This document shows positions 49,458 to 63,316 of a stretch of 64,000 bases of DNA, in pieces. Each line of letters begins with the position of its first letter. The first letter of the stretch is position 1. A program made the translations under genes and the position numbers. The stretch covers positions 141,670,001 to 141,734,000 of the forward strand of contig NC_043000.1 in assembly GCF_006345805.1 (NCBI RefSeq). The letters run 5' to 3'. The DNA comes from Octopus sinensis. Its lineage: Eukaryota. The notes below the pieces were generated by a model, which saw only the letters and a program-made list of their open reading frames with translations, was not told where the DNA came from and did no database searches.

Positions 49458-49460
<3 letters not shown>
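48339..49460 (-). mobile_element. Non-coding element within (TA)n, with ~365-bp direct terminal repeats (period 756 bp, ~1.5-mer); PLE pseudo-LTR/retrozyme-like
   Basis: 48339-48705 is repeated almost identically at 49095-49460. AG-rich interior and (TA)n on both sides. Confidence 0.88.
48424..48486 (-). ncRNA. Candidate non-circularly permuted hammerhead (copy B1; identical copy B2 at 49177-49239)
   Basis: Reverse complement: TAGTAAT-C-TCAAGA-ttaa-TCAG-cc-GAA-ATTACTA-cgatgatccggt-TCTTGA-CTGAAGA-CTGA. Confidence 0.55.
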
Positions 49461-49502
<42 letters not shown>

Positions 49503-49921
49503 GTTTATATATATATTTATATAAATATATATGATTATATATATATATAGATAGATATCTATGTATATATATATAGATATACATAGATGATTCTGTATTT
49601 TTGTGTATGTATATATATATGTGTGTGTGTCTTTGTGTGTGTCTTTGTGTGTGTATGTGTTTGTGTGTGTATCCACGTTTTCCCGAATGAAGAGCTTGAC
49701 CAAACTTGAAAAAAACTCCACATCCCTTAGAGCGCTTTTCATTGAGAAGCCATTCTGATCTTCCCGTTTATTCTTTATATTTTATTCTTTGAATTCTTTA
49801 CCTACAACTTCCCGAATACTTACCAAACATCCTACATCGTTAATGGGTCTTTGGACTAATATAAATGCACGCATGATATTAACACCATCCTGTCACAAAC
49901 AGTAGTGAAATTTATATATTA

Positions 49922-50645
49922 CTAGCATTAAAGACCCGTCGTTGCCGCGTCATAGTGCTAGTGCATGTATATATGTGTATATATATGTGTGTACATATTA
50001 CATGTACATCTATATATATACATCTACACATAAAATGCAAAATACAAAGTTATATCTTGATATCGCTAGTGATAACAATACTCAAAATATATAACAGACA
50101 GGAATTATTAGCTCCTCTTTTTTCTCTACACTGTATACTTTATAGACAATAGCCTTTTTTTTTATTTAATTTTTTATTATCCATCTGGACTATTCCATTT
50201 CTGCGCGCTAATTTTATTTTTTAATTTATTCCCATTCATGTGAAACCACTTATTGAAGTTCAAATCATTGATGCAATTTTATACCAATTGCTATTTTTAC
50301 TTCTGTTATGTTACGATTATATTATACTTCAGTTTGATTTTAATTATTACTTACTACATATAATTCAATTGTTATTATTATTTTTATTGTTAAAGTGAAA
50401 GCATCTGACATAAAATAGAGAAATGTTTTTGTTTCACTTTTAACACGTAATACTGAAAAAGTGGAGAAGATATGATATTGCTATGGGCTCGCTCTAGGCA
50501 AGAAGTTGAACATTTTTTTGCCCATGAAACTACATGGACCCTAAGTAAGGCATGTTTAAAATTTGAATTAAATTGGTAGTGTAGTTCTCAAGTTTTAGGG
50601 AAACACACAGACAGACAGACACACATTCTCAGTTTTATATATATA
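49922..50645 (-). mobile_element. Non-autonomous Helitron
   Basis: Reverse complement 5' TATATATAAAACTGAGAATGTGTGTCTGTCTGTCTG (resembles the start of 6793-7184). 3' GACGCGGCAACGACGGGTC hairpin, spacer, then CTAG|T. Confidence 0.75.
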
Positions 50646-50815
50646 AAAATAACACTGTAAATTATTATGTAACCTGATAAATTTTCTGCATAGTGGGTTG
50701 CATTCGATTCCATTATATCGTTTCCCGACCACTAGGGAGCAGTGCAAACGTAAGCCGAAACGATCCTCAAGCTAAATAAAATTCACAGTAACTCTGTCTT
50801 CCGTATCAATTATTT

Positions 50816-50915
<100 letters not shown>

Positions 50916-50930
50916 TATATATATATATAG

Positions 50931-50963
<33 letters not shown>

Positions 50964-51369
50964 AATTAAGAAATGTAGTTAAACGTATGTGTTATTCAAA
51001 TCGTTGTACTTCCGATATATGTTTTGAAGAAAACAGTAGTATTATTCCCGAGGGAATAAAATGATGTAAAGCAATGTAATCATCTCATCAGGAAAAAAAG
51101 AGAAAAAAGCACATCAATAAGCCATTTTAACCGAATGTTGTTACCGCGTATATGACGAAGGGAATGCTGGCAAGTTGTTTTTTTTTAAATACCGTTAATA
51201 GATTGAACGTCAAAGTCATATTAAGAGAAAGAGGAGGGAGGAGAAAGAAAGAAATTAACAGAAAATTAAGAATGAAGAAATACAGTGCGATAAATCAGTG
51301 GAAATAAAGCTTAAAGGCATGTAAGTAGATACATGTAGTGGAAATGAAATGTAAGAAGACAGCCAAAAG

Positions 51370-52800
51370 TGAAATTTTATAGATTGGTAGAAACTAATTA
51401 TAGGAAATAAAGGTATGTTTTTGCCAATGTTTGCAACAAAAGGATTTGCCTTTATCATATAGAAAGGATCTAGATGGAATGTTCCATTCCAAACCAAATA
51501 GTTTATTATGTTCCTGTAGAGACCAAATTAATTTACTAAGTCCAGTATTGCTGCGCTTATTGATATGTCTAAATGAAGAGTAATGGTTAGATATTCTTTT
51601 CGACAACTGAGATGAAGAACTACCTATGTAAACAAAGATTTCTGAACCGGAACTAATTTTACATTGATAAACAGAGTCTCTGGTCTTAGAACTCCTGCTA
51701 AGGAAATAAATGCGAATCGAATTTATATTGTTATGTGAAGAGATGAGTTGTGACAGGTTTTTGGTGTTTGAAAACCCTATTCTAATTCGTTGTGAATTGA
51801 TAATAGAATGGTATCTTGAATTTTAGGGGAAATTCCTATGTATAGCTTCACGAATCTGGTAAGGGAGGTTGGATTTGATCTCTTTACCATATGGAATTAT
51901 CAACCAAACAGTTTTACCTAGAACATACCTTATTATTAGGGTAATTATCGTTAAAAGTCCTAAGTTTACTTCATAATGTAAAAAAAGTTCTTAAAGAACT
52001 GTTATCTACCTTACGCTTCAAAATGATATTTTTCGATTTAGTGTTGTTATTCGAACTAACATTTATATTGTTATAACTGTTATGACGCGCTTTCTTGTTC
52101 TCATTTGAGACCTCCAACGGTCATGACTGACCAGGGGATTGCACTTAGAAGCCTACCCTGCAAGGCACAAATGCGGGCAAGGTTGTTTATGGAAGACCAT
52201 CAGTTTCCCATGCATCCCGACCTCCCCTCTCCATGCCACCAGTGTTATCCAAGGGAAAGGCAAAGGCCGATACAGCTTGGCACCTGTGACGTCGCAGCTC
52301 ATTTCTACAGCTGAGTGAACTGGAGCAACGTGAAATAAAGTGTCTTGCTCAAGAACACAATATGCAACCCGGTCCGGGATTCGAGCTCACAACATCACGA
52401 TCGTAAGCTCTACGCTCTAACTACTGAGCCATGCGCCTTCACCTGTTCTGATTAATAGAGGTACAATTAATGTCAATAAGGTTAATATAGGTAACTTTTT
52501 CTTTATATCCAGCATTAAGTAAGGCAGAGTTATAAATACGGCTTTATCTTTGAAGATATCAACATAGACAGGTAATCTAGAAAGTCTAAGTGAAATATTT
52601 CTAACTAAATTCCTTGTAATAGCCTTTGAATGATTACTGAGAGGGCCAGTATATATTAGATTAGTTGAGGGTTTATGGTATGGGAAATAGGAATCCTTAT
52701 GTAAGTTAAGGGTAATATCATAAAGTTGGCTTCAGTTATATCATCGACGAAAACAATGCTTAAGCCCATGTTTCAGAACAATTTAACCAATCTATTTTTA
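51370..52800 (-). mobile_element. Degraded Penelope-like element of a different lineage (RT thumb, linker, GIY-YIG), interrupted by a SINE
   Basis: DITLNLHKDSYFPYHKP..SNHSKAI..ISLRLSRL..IF..ALLNAGY; VWLIIPYGKEIKSN..NFP..IINSQRIRIGFSNTKNLSQLISSHN; SVYQCKI..VYIGSSS..KRISNHYSSF..TGLSKLIWSL..LEWNI. Confidence 0.82.
52106..52442 (-). mobile_element. tRNA-derived SINE (family A, long tail) with probable 10-bp TSD
   Basis: Reverse complement of 61032-61383. Flanks are TGTTCTCATT (52096-52105) and TGTTCTGATT (52444-52453). Confidence 0.9.
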
Positions 52801-52884
52801 ACCCTTTGTAAGAAGACCAAGAAGACAAGAAGAAAAGCTGGAAAAAATGATGATGAGCAGGAGGGTGAGGAGAAAGAGGAGGGG

Positions 52885-53210
52885 AGAATAAGAATAAGAA
52901 GAAGAAGGAGAAGAAGAAAAAGAAGAAGAAGAAGAAGAAGGAGAAGAAGAAGAAGAAGAAGAAGAAGGAGGAGAAGGAGAAGAAGGAGGAGGAGGAGAAG
53001 AAGAAGAAGAAGGAGGAGAAGAAGAAGAAGAAGAAGGAGGAGGAGGAGAAGAAGAAGAAGAAGAAGAAGAAGGAGAAGGAGAAGAAGGAGGAGGAGGAGG
53101 AGAAGAAGAAGGAGAAGAAGAAGAAGAAGGAGAAGGAGAAGAAGAAGAAGAAGGAGAAGAAGAAGAAGAAGAAGAAGAAGAAGAAGAAGAAGAAGAAGAA
53201 GAAGAAGAAA
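52885..53210. repeat. (AAG)n/(AGG)n polypurine microsatellite
   Basis: Seen directly; it explains the poly-Arg ORF in the track. Confidence 0.97.
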
Positions 53211-55848
53211 AGAATGTCTATGTCGTAGTCATTTTGTATGTTTGCCCTAGCATAGATTCGGATATCGTAGAATCTATTATTAAGAAGCAGTAAAATTACT
53301 GAAAAGCCACAACATCATTTTCTTGGACAAAGGCACGAATTATAGGGCAATGCAGTTACATTCTTCATGCCATTGTCTCTGTATTGATTTATATTTTTGA
53401 TTAATCTCTGTATCCATTACAGTTGCTTCTAAGCACCATGATAGTTTCACTGCAATGCCCACGTCCTGTAGTACAACACGCCTCATTAACAAATGCCCAA
53501 ATATCACACATTGTGCTCAATGCAAATTTCTATTAAAATTTTAATCAATTTAAACTTTGGAAGTTCTTCGTTCGTCCTCATTGACAAGAATTTATATTAA
53601 TGCTAATGATTTATCATCGTAGTACGAATGCAATTTCAATTCACTAAATATTATTTTGGCTCATGACTTTAAATATGTCAGCCTTCACTTAACAATATCC
53701 AGTTCATGCAGAAGGCATATCTCGAAATACCAACCTCCTCTCCAAAAATAAGCAGAGACTGATACACCATTTCACTTCGATTTACAGATATTTCAGCTCA
53801 CTTGCAACATTCATGCACATCAATAATGCATGACAACCACATTATTATTATTTTCAAAATTTTCAAGAAATTTTATGAACAAGCATCTCCTTTCTTTCTT
53901 ATGTTACCTCTGCGTTGATTTATATTTTTCTATGGAAGAATATTACAGAACTGTAAGACATTCACTTCTTCACATTGTCATTGCCAGCTGTGTATGCAAA
54001 CATATAGCTCCCTACGACACCTGACGATGGGGAAATGCGTCAGTTTAATGTATCCTATATCTTTAAAGCCCTATACATATTCGATATATTAGTAACGGCG
54101 TTAATGTTGATTTATATTTAACCTAAAATTTCAAATTAAAAACCACTATATTCAGGATTTTACCTTCTATTTCTAAGAGCCGTTAAAATATGTGTACTGC
54201 TCATTCAAATATATTTTCCAATGAATATATTGTTTTTATGAGGTGGTGGTGTGCTGGTAGACTCTTCAACGCGAAGCGTGAAATGCTTAGCGGCATTTCG
54301 TCCGTCTTTATGCTCTGTGCTCAAATTCCACCGAGCTTTATTTAACCTTTCATCCATTCGTGATCGATATAATCGACTTACAACCTCTGCCGAACTTTCT
54401 GGCTTTGTACCAAAATTCGGACCTATATGTTGCCCTTATATTCAAGTGATGATTATATCATTATTCAAACACAACACACACACATACACATACATACACA
54501 CACACACGTTCACACACACATGAATATACACTCTTTCTTTCTCCCTCTCTCTCTGTCTCCCCCCACACACCAAGTAAGAAGCACACATGAGTAAATTAAT
54601 GCTGCGTTAGCTAATTTGTTTCAATTTCATATTGTTCTACAAATTCTACCGAGGTCGACTTTGCCTTTCATCCTTTCTGATTCGATAAATTAAGTACCAG
54701 TTGCGTACTAGAATCGATGTAATAGACTGGCTCCCTCCTCCAAAATTTTGGGCCTTGTGTTTTGAGTAGAAAACAATATCAATTTGTTCTACAAAATACA
54801 AAATAGATTATTATCCAACGTTATGCATACGCATAACCTATTCATAAATTACATATTTGTGAACATAAAAGGAGGAACGAGGCAGATTAAGTTCAATAAT
54901 GTAATATATTCCCATCATAAGGCTGAACTTAGTCCGACTGATCCTTCATTTTGAAGATTTTGCTTATACAATCAAGCGTTTATATTTGTCGATACATATT
55001 GTAGTGGATTGAAGCGTATATTAGTAAATATAAACATGTTGAGACATAGAAATAAATGAAATAATGTATTTCCTGTGAATTTAAATCGACTTTCATCTTG
55101 ATGCACGATTTTTTCTAAGATTTTGTCTAGATTACTAGCATTGAAACTAAGACACAGCCCAGAAAATAAGTCGATAGACATTTCTCAATAACAAAAGAAT
55201 CTCATTTAAGTAGAATGTGAAATTAAGTTTTGGGAATTAAACCAACGGAAATGTAAGCGACATTAGAATTTAACTTCGTACTGAAAAAGCAAATATAAAT
55301 GGATGACTTTTGGAAGCTATAGACATTTTGCTAGAGTTATCGCACGTTCTTTGCCAGTTCTGTTCAATCTTTCTAATAGCACATACGCAGACTGTAGTCT
55401 CAGACATATTGCACACTTTCTTTTCCTATTACATGACATTTGTACACTTTTTTTTAAAGACTTGTTCATGCCAGGCATGATGATGTTGCCACTGTTGTTC
55501 AGTCCCACATCATTCCTGAACTAACAGACTTATTTTGAAACGTGTTCCAGTTGTGACCATCTAGTTATTCTTCATATGAGAATCTATGTTGTAAAATACA
55601 TTATTCTTATTTACGAGAAGAGGAAACACATCCAGTAAACGCATAGAAGATTTTTCATGGACTCAAATTTTTGTTGTTGTTGATGTCATTTTGGTTGTTT
55701 GCTTCAGGTTGATTCTCAGTGAGCAAAGGTATGGCTAAAGTTACTCCAGTTTTAAAATTTTGATCCTTTCTTGACTCATAATGTACTTCTGAAAACACTA
55801 TTCAACATTTTCTTATTAGTTTTAAATACTAGCCAATAATATCACAGA

Positions 55849-56082
55849 AGGCGGTGAGCTGGCAGAAACGTTAGCAAGCCGGGCGAAATGCGTAGCCGTA
55901 TTTCGTCTGCCGTTACGTTCTGGGTTCAAATTCCGCCGAGGTCGACTTTGCCTTTCATCCTTTCGGGTCGATAAATTAAGTACCAGTTACGCACTGGGGT
56001 CGATGTAATCGACTTGATCCGTTTGTCTGTCCTCGTTTCTCCCCTCTGTGTTTAGCCCCATGTGGGTAGTAAAGAAATATAT
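55849..56082 (+). mobile_element. tRNA-derived SINE (family C, Meta-like central domain), full length with 13-bp TSD
   Basis: B box GGTTCAAATTCC and central GAGGTCGACTTTGCCTTTCATCCTTTCGGGTCGATAAATTAAGTACCAG. TSD ATAATATCACAGA at 55836-55848 and 56083-56095. Degraded copies near 23550, 32570, 54240, 54640 and 58320. Confidence 0.9.
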
Positions 56083-57215
56083 ATAATATCACAGATACGT
56101 GGTTGATATATCTAGCAGTGTGAAAGACTTCATAGTTACTGACTTATGTCGCTCATGCCAAATGCGATATTGTTCGAGTGGTGGCATAGCCGAAACAAAT
56201 TTGTTTTTGTTTCAGGAATACTGTTACAGAATATTCTGCAGTATATATTTGTTTTGATCAGATTGTTTCTACTAATATTAAGTATTGGCTTGAAGGATTT
56301 TAAGCTGCTATTCTTAGTATAGTGAACAACGAGCAAAAGGTTGTCTCGTTTACTTAAGAGCAAGCCATTTAAAAATATATGTAAAACGTTGAAAGGGATG
56401 AGAGTACATATAACATGAGACTATAGCTGTACGGAATTTTAGGTTATATTTCTGGATAAAATTTACATAATGAGCTTAGTTCGAAGATATGTAAAACTAC
56501 TAAAACGCCAAATAACAGTATTATAAATGGATTTACTTAAAGGAAGTGAAAATACTCTACGAGATACAATAGGTTACTATTTCTAATAAATTTTATTTGT
56601 TACATTTATTCTGGGAATTGACCTAACAATACAGACGTGGTTACAAATTCAAAGAATGTGTATATATGTGGAGGTTGATATTTTCAGTTAAACTTCTTAC
56701 AACACAGTCAATAATATAATGAGTATGTGACTATACATAGGATGTGGAGAAGCAAATAATGGAAATAAACACGCACACACATATACACACTTGTGCACAC
56801 ACGTTTAGAATATATAGACCCATGTATGCCTGAAGTAGAATATATGCAATTTTATGATTTACAAAGGTTCATAGACACAAACACACATATTATTCGTGCA
56901 TAAATGCCTTTAGGAATTCTATAAATTTCAATTAAACTCAGAGCGAGGAATACTTGGCAGAATATCTGCGTCTTGTACTCCCACCACACAACTTTACAAT
57001 GTATTTGTATACATATGTATGTATTAATGTACACAGACAGACACACACACACACATACACACATATACATATATATATGCATACGTACACACACATATAC
57101 ATAGATACAAGCATACATATATAATACATATTTGTGTGTGTGTATCTATATATATTCGTATCTATGATTTATATGTGTATATATATATGTATATATATGT
57201 GTATATATATATATG

Positions 57216-57253
<38 letters not shown>

Positions 57254-57884
57254 TATATACACACACACACACGTATGTATGCATGCATGTATATGCTTAT
57301 ATACTTCTGTGCGTGTGGGGGTGTATGTATGTTGTATGTGTGTACATATATGTACGCATGCTTGTAGGTATGCAATTATATATATGAGGATGTTTGTAGA
57401 CGTGGAAGTATATTTAGATATACATAAATATATGTGCATATATATTTATAATTTCGCTTAAACAGTTACACTCATATATTCATACATCTACATTTACTCA
57501 TATATATACAGATAGGTCGAGATGAACACAAAGGTATGACTAATACTCATATACATCTATAAATACATTTTAGCACACATACACACACGCACACAGAAGC
57601 AAGCACAGTAACCTGCTAATACACAAAAATATATGCAAACACTGTCACATAGACATACACACGCATATACACAGTTGCAGACGCATATATCATAGAAGCG
57701 TCTTCATATATTCACGCAGAAGCCATTACAGTGATTTTATAATCTTCAAATATTAGTTGAGATCGCGCGTCCACTGTAGTCTGCTGTCTACTCCCATCAT
57801 GGAGTTACTACAAGTAGACATTCGGCAATATATTTTCATTCAGCACTGATATACCCTTCTTTGTCGCCTCCCAAGCCTAAGCAG

Positions 57885-58085
57885 CATCGTAAATGCATCC
57901 GGCCTCATTGAATGAATTACAGTATTTTATGGCCAATAAAACGGCCGTGCAGTAAATTTACCAATTCAGCCACTTCTCATTTTATCGCAGCGAGCGACTC
58001 TGCTCACATTAAACAAATTCTATTCCTTCCTTTTCTTTTCTTTGTGAAAATCTCTCCGGTCTTCTTCCTTCCGCTGATTTATCGG
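57885..58085. promoter_or_regulatory. Candidate enhancer: cluster of posterior-Hox/Cdx and Pbx-Hox type motifs
   Basis: TCGTAAA (57887), dyad TTTTATGGCCAATAAAA (57925-57941) and TGATTTAT (58075) in apparently unique, relatively GC-rich sequence. Confidence 0.35.
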
Positions 58086-59939
58086 TTTTTGTGAGCGTTC
58101 AGTCTATAACTAAAGCGCCTGGTTGTCCTATAATCTGTTTGAACAACTGCACAAATCGTCAACCCGATACTAGTAAAATAAATAGCAAAATTAAATCAAA
58201 TTGATAAATAAATGAAAAGAACGACAACAATATGAAAAGAAGGGAATAATACTTAACAGTAAGTTACAGAGTTCAAAGATAAATGAAAATATTATTAGCG
58301 AAATTAAAAACATTTCGTGACAGGAGTAGCCACACAGTGACTTTTTAGTACCTTGTGGAATTTAGTCACATTCCATTACATTCTGAGTTCAAATTCCACT
58401 GAAATCAACTTTATTATTGCTTATTCTAGAGTTAGTAATTACCAGTGAAGTAGATGTGTCAATTGAACGAATATGATACATTAATTATCTTTGATAATGG
58501 ACTACACTTCCTGAAAAATAAGTGGTTGCGTACCTATGTTCAAAATAATTAACAAAATGGTTCACTTTCTATAAAGAAGGTGACTGCTGTACTGTGTTAG
58601 TAGATGACGGAAGACATTCAGAGCATAAATGACGAGTTTGTTTATGATATTGAATATTATACGCATGAGTTTAGTTTTCAGTTTTCTTTCTTTTTCTTCT
58701 ATTTCTTTAATTTGGAGGAAGGGACACTATCTATGCTTTTTGGAGGGCTTCCAAAACCAATCAGTTTGATGCCATTCATGCTCTATTTAAACTGACAAGT
58801 TTAACACATCCCGAAAAATCATGAGTAGAAGAATATTCCTCAGGGCTGATGCACAGGGGTGAAAAGCCTGGGTTTAAGAATTAGTGCTGTGCTGAGGAGG
58901 TTGGTTGAACCAAAAGTGAAGAGGTGTAAAGGCAAGGGAGTCGGAGGTGCGTGAGAAGTAGTTCCGCGGAAAGTTGTCGTCATAGCGATATAAATGACAG
59001 GGAGAATAAACCACATCTGAGTTGGCCAAAGGCTGTAGCGTATCAATATATGAATGGATATTGATTCTTTGAGTAGTTTTGGGTGTATGTCGATAACATA
59101 GTCAAGTAATAGGCTTGATCTCATCAATTTTATACCCAAGACAAACATAATAGAAAGAAATATTTGGCACTGGTTATTCGCTGGAAATGAATATACTATA
59201 CATTAATGAATTTATACGTTAATATATAACAGAGTAATTCAAATCAGATTTACCTTTCATACTCTTTCTTGATAGCATTAGCTCCAATAATCTACAACGA
59301 CAAATACCATAAAAGAAGAATATTATTTAGTCAAAACAAATAAAAATTTTATGAGGGAATTAAGTTTGCGTGGATGTTAAACATGTTAGCAAGAACAACT
59401 AATTTTCCCTCACATGATGTCCAGATTTACAGATATCAAAACGCATTAGATAACGTAGTTGTATATACGAAGGTAAGATGGGAAGGTCATGGTTAGAATG
59501 TTATTGATATTTGGTTTTTAAATCAGGGAATTCCTTGAGCTAAACATCCTCAGCATCAACAAATCAATATTTTATATATACATAACGAATATTTGTTACT
59601 TGAGAATAAATATCGAATTTCTTTTTTTAGGAGATAGAGACCTGTATCGTTTCTAACTTTCAAACTTGCCCCAAAGCATTAGCGATTTAAATGAAAGTAA
59701 AGACTACCGCTGATCACATGCTAAGTAAATACTGATTTCTGGGGTGGGCACAAGCTACTGATTAGAAGATTATAGGTGCAGCCAATTGGATCGATTCGCA
59801 TGTATTTATAGTACATATTTTTATCGAACTTGACATGAAAAAACATCTACTTCAGTAGTATTTCAACTGAGAATGTTGGTTGCCTTAACTAATTATAATC
59901 CGGCTGTATAATTCTCTTATCTAGTCTTATGAATATTGT

Positions 59940-59971
<32 letters not shown>

Positions 59972-61031
59972 AATACACAAACAGACACACGTGTGTGTGT
60001 GCATGCGTGTGTGTACGTGTTTGTGTGTGAATGTGTGTGTGTTTGTGTATGTGTGTATGCGTGTGTGTATGTGTGTGTGTATGTTTATGTATGTTTTTTT
60101 TTTCCTATAGGTTGCATCAATAACATCCCTGCCAATAAATTCCTTGTGACTTTAGCTGCATACGCCGACTGATTTTTCCATTTGATCAGTTATCTTTCGA
60201 TTTATAATTTCAAAGATTCTTAGATTTAATACATGAATGTAAAGTAACCTTTTTTCCTTAACACCGGAGCAATAACTTTGACTGGAAGAATTGAACTCAA
60301 CAATGCAAGCTAACCCATGATGTGACATTGTAGAGCAGTACCCGGATAAAATTATGAATTATTCCGCATTTTTAAGGTTTGTGAATAAAAATATAGAGAT
60401 TTTGTCGTTGATATGTAGGTGCCATTTTTTGCTTTCGTATATTAGATAGGTTTGGAACAGGTATATAAACAATTATTAAGCCAACTAGTATTTCTTTTGC
60501 CTATGGATTTACATTCCACTCTTTCATGTTCATGTGAACTGTACTTGTCAAATACATTGAAGCCAGCTACCTAAGAGAATTATGAAAAATGAGAGCAACA
60601 CTTCTATTTATCAGCTCTTGTTTCGCAATAAAATTGTCTAAAGCAAGCACAACTTCTGAAAGAAATAACTGTTGTAATCGATATTAGTACAATCCTGCAT
60701 GCCTGTACACACACACACACACCATATTTTATCATACCATAAAATCATATCATGTCATATCAAAAAGTGTTAGAGCAAATGCAAACCCAAACTTGGAGTC
60801 ATGTGCAATCAGATCAAGATTAATATCGATTTCCAACAGAAGGCCGGAGCCAAACGTCTTGAGCTCTATTTTTCTGCTGCTTCCTTTCATTCTTTACCAG
60901 AGAATCAAAATTCCAGAGATGAACTCTGAAAGATCTGAAATCTGTATGCAAAATATGTGTCGTAATACTGCAAACAATTTTCTTTTCGGCGCTCTATCGA
61001 TACCGCCATTATGCAGTTCTATAAGTATCCC

Positions 61032-61383
61032 GTGAAGGCGCATGGCTCAGTGGTTAGAGCATCGAGCTTACGATCGTGAGGTTGTGAGCTCGAATCCCGG
61101 ACCGGGCTGCGTGTTATGTTCTTGAGCAAGGCACTTTATTTCACGTTGCTCCAGTTCACTCAACTGTAGAAATGAGTTGCGACGTCACAGGTGCCAAGCT
61201 GTATCGACCTTTGTCTTTCCCTTGGATAACACTAGTGGCGTGGAGAGGGGAGGCTGGTATGCATGGGCGACTGCTGGTCTTCCATCAAACAACCTTGCCC
61301 GGACTTGTGTCTAGGAGGGTAACTCTCTAGGTGCAAACCCATGGTCGTTCATGACCGAAGGGGGTCTTTACCTTTACCTTTTT
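61032..61383 (+). mobile_element. tRNA-derived SINE (family A), full length with 11-bp TSD
   Basis: A box TGGCTCAGTGG, B box GCTCGAATCCC and a (TTTACC) tail. TSD TATAAGTATCC at 61020-61030 and 61384-61394. Confidence 0.93.
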
Positions 61384-61903
61384 TATAAGTATCCTATTAT
61401 TACAAGATATTTTCTCAGCGTCATTCAGTTCCTTGTAACTCGCCTGTTTCATGAATACTAACGATAGAATTCATTCTCAAACAATATTGGGACATGTAGT
61501 TTACTTTGTAGTGGCTGTATATATCGAGTAATAAGGAAGACAATGAGAATTTTACAGTTTTTTTCTGTGGAGAACAGATTATTTGTAGCATTTTATTTGA
61601 GATTCTGTTGACAGAACCATAAAAACTTAGATCATCGAAGCAAATCAATAACAACAATAACAATAACATGGCAATAACTGTAAACAAAGCTATTTATGTG
61701 AAACCATTATGCATGAAATGAAATGAAATGCGATGCATGCATCAAAATACTTGTGGAATCAGAAATAATTCAAAAGAAACGGTAATTCGTGGAGATTAAT
61801 AAGTAAATGCAAAACGGGAAAAATGAAGAAGCAATCTAAATATACATATGTACATATATATATATATGTATGTATATGTATATATATATGTATGTATATA
61901 TAA

Positions 61904-61960
<57 letters not shown>

Positions 61961-62583
61961 TACATACATATATATATATATATATATGTACGCATGTATG
62001 AATATATATATATATATGTATATATAAATATATATACATACATATATATATTATATATATATATATATATATGTATGCATGTATGAATATATATATGTAT
62101 ATATAATATATATATATATATACGTGGGTGCACATACACACACACATATATATATATATACAGAGAGAGAGAGAGAGAGAGAAAGGGATAACACGTACAT
62201 ATATACATACATACATACGTGCATACATACATACATATATACATACATACATACATACATTTTTGTGTAAGAAAAAGAGAGACCGGAAAAAAAGGAAAGA
62301 GAAAAGAGAACAATATCATAAAGGACTTAAAGAAGCGCTGAAAGGGACAAAGAATTTAAAACGAAAATCGGGAGCAAAGTATAAAAGAAAGAGCATAAAA
62401 TTAAGAAAGAAGAAATAGCGATTATAAAGAATCTATGTAAAAAAAACAAAAAAATCATAAACAAAGTTGTTAATCTGAAGATTATTGGATAGCTAGGAAT
62501 CATTGCTGAAAGTGTATTCAGATATTTTCTTTGTTGCCAGGAAGTTAGTTACAATTTTAAATGCTTAGGGATATATATATGTA

Positions 62584-62701
<118 letters not shown>

Positions 62702-62785
62702 TCTTATATGGAATCATATATACATGCACATATACGTACATACATACACATATGCATATATATATATATATATATACATACATAC

Positions 62786-62886
<101 letters not shown>

Positions 62887-63277
62887 GCGCAGGGAAATAT
62901 ATTTATATCAATGCATACAGATATATTTCTATATATATATATGAATAAACGCGCGTATACATTCATATATGCATTCGTACTTTATTATGTACGTTTCATT
63001 TCAGCATAAGATTGCGTATGATTAATATATTTATGCGAGCGATTTTGTGTGATTCTAAGTTTGTGTGAAGATGCGATAATATTTGCGTATTTATAAACGT
63101 ATATTTCCATATATATATATATACGTACATGTTTCGAATGCTGAAGTGAAATGCTAAAAAATATATTCACTCCCTGTAATTTGCTCATTCTCCTACATGC
63201 TTCCTTTCTTTAATCACATACATTTATACTCACTTATGTCTTATGAGTAAACACACACATGCATGTACACCCCCCCC

Positions 63278-63316
<39 letters not shown>

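Noticed and set aside
50716-50764. Type III hammerhead-like layout (ATCGT-T-TCCC..GGGA...CGAAACGAT)
   Set aside because: Stems III and I and GAAA are present but the essential CUGANGA is missing (GCAGU instead), and there is only one copy.
52726-53250. 174-aa poly-arginine, protamine-like ORF
   Set aside because: Explained by an (AAG/AGG)n tract next to the antisense strand of a PLE remnant.
53250-53960. Possible decayed hAT-like transposase on the minus strand (similar hints at 18000-18690)
   Set aside because: Too many stops and frameshifts to support by eye; it needs tBLASTx or a Dfam search.
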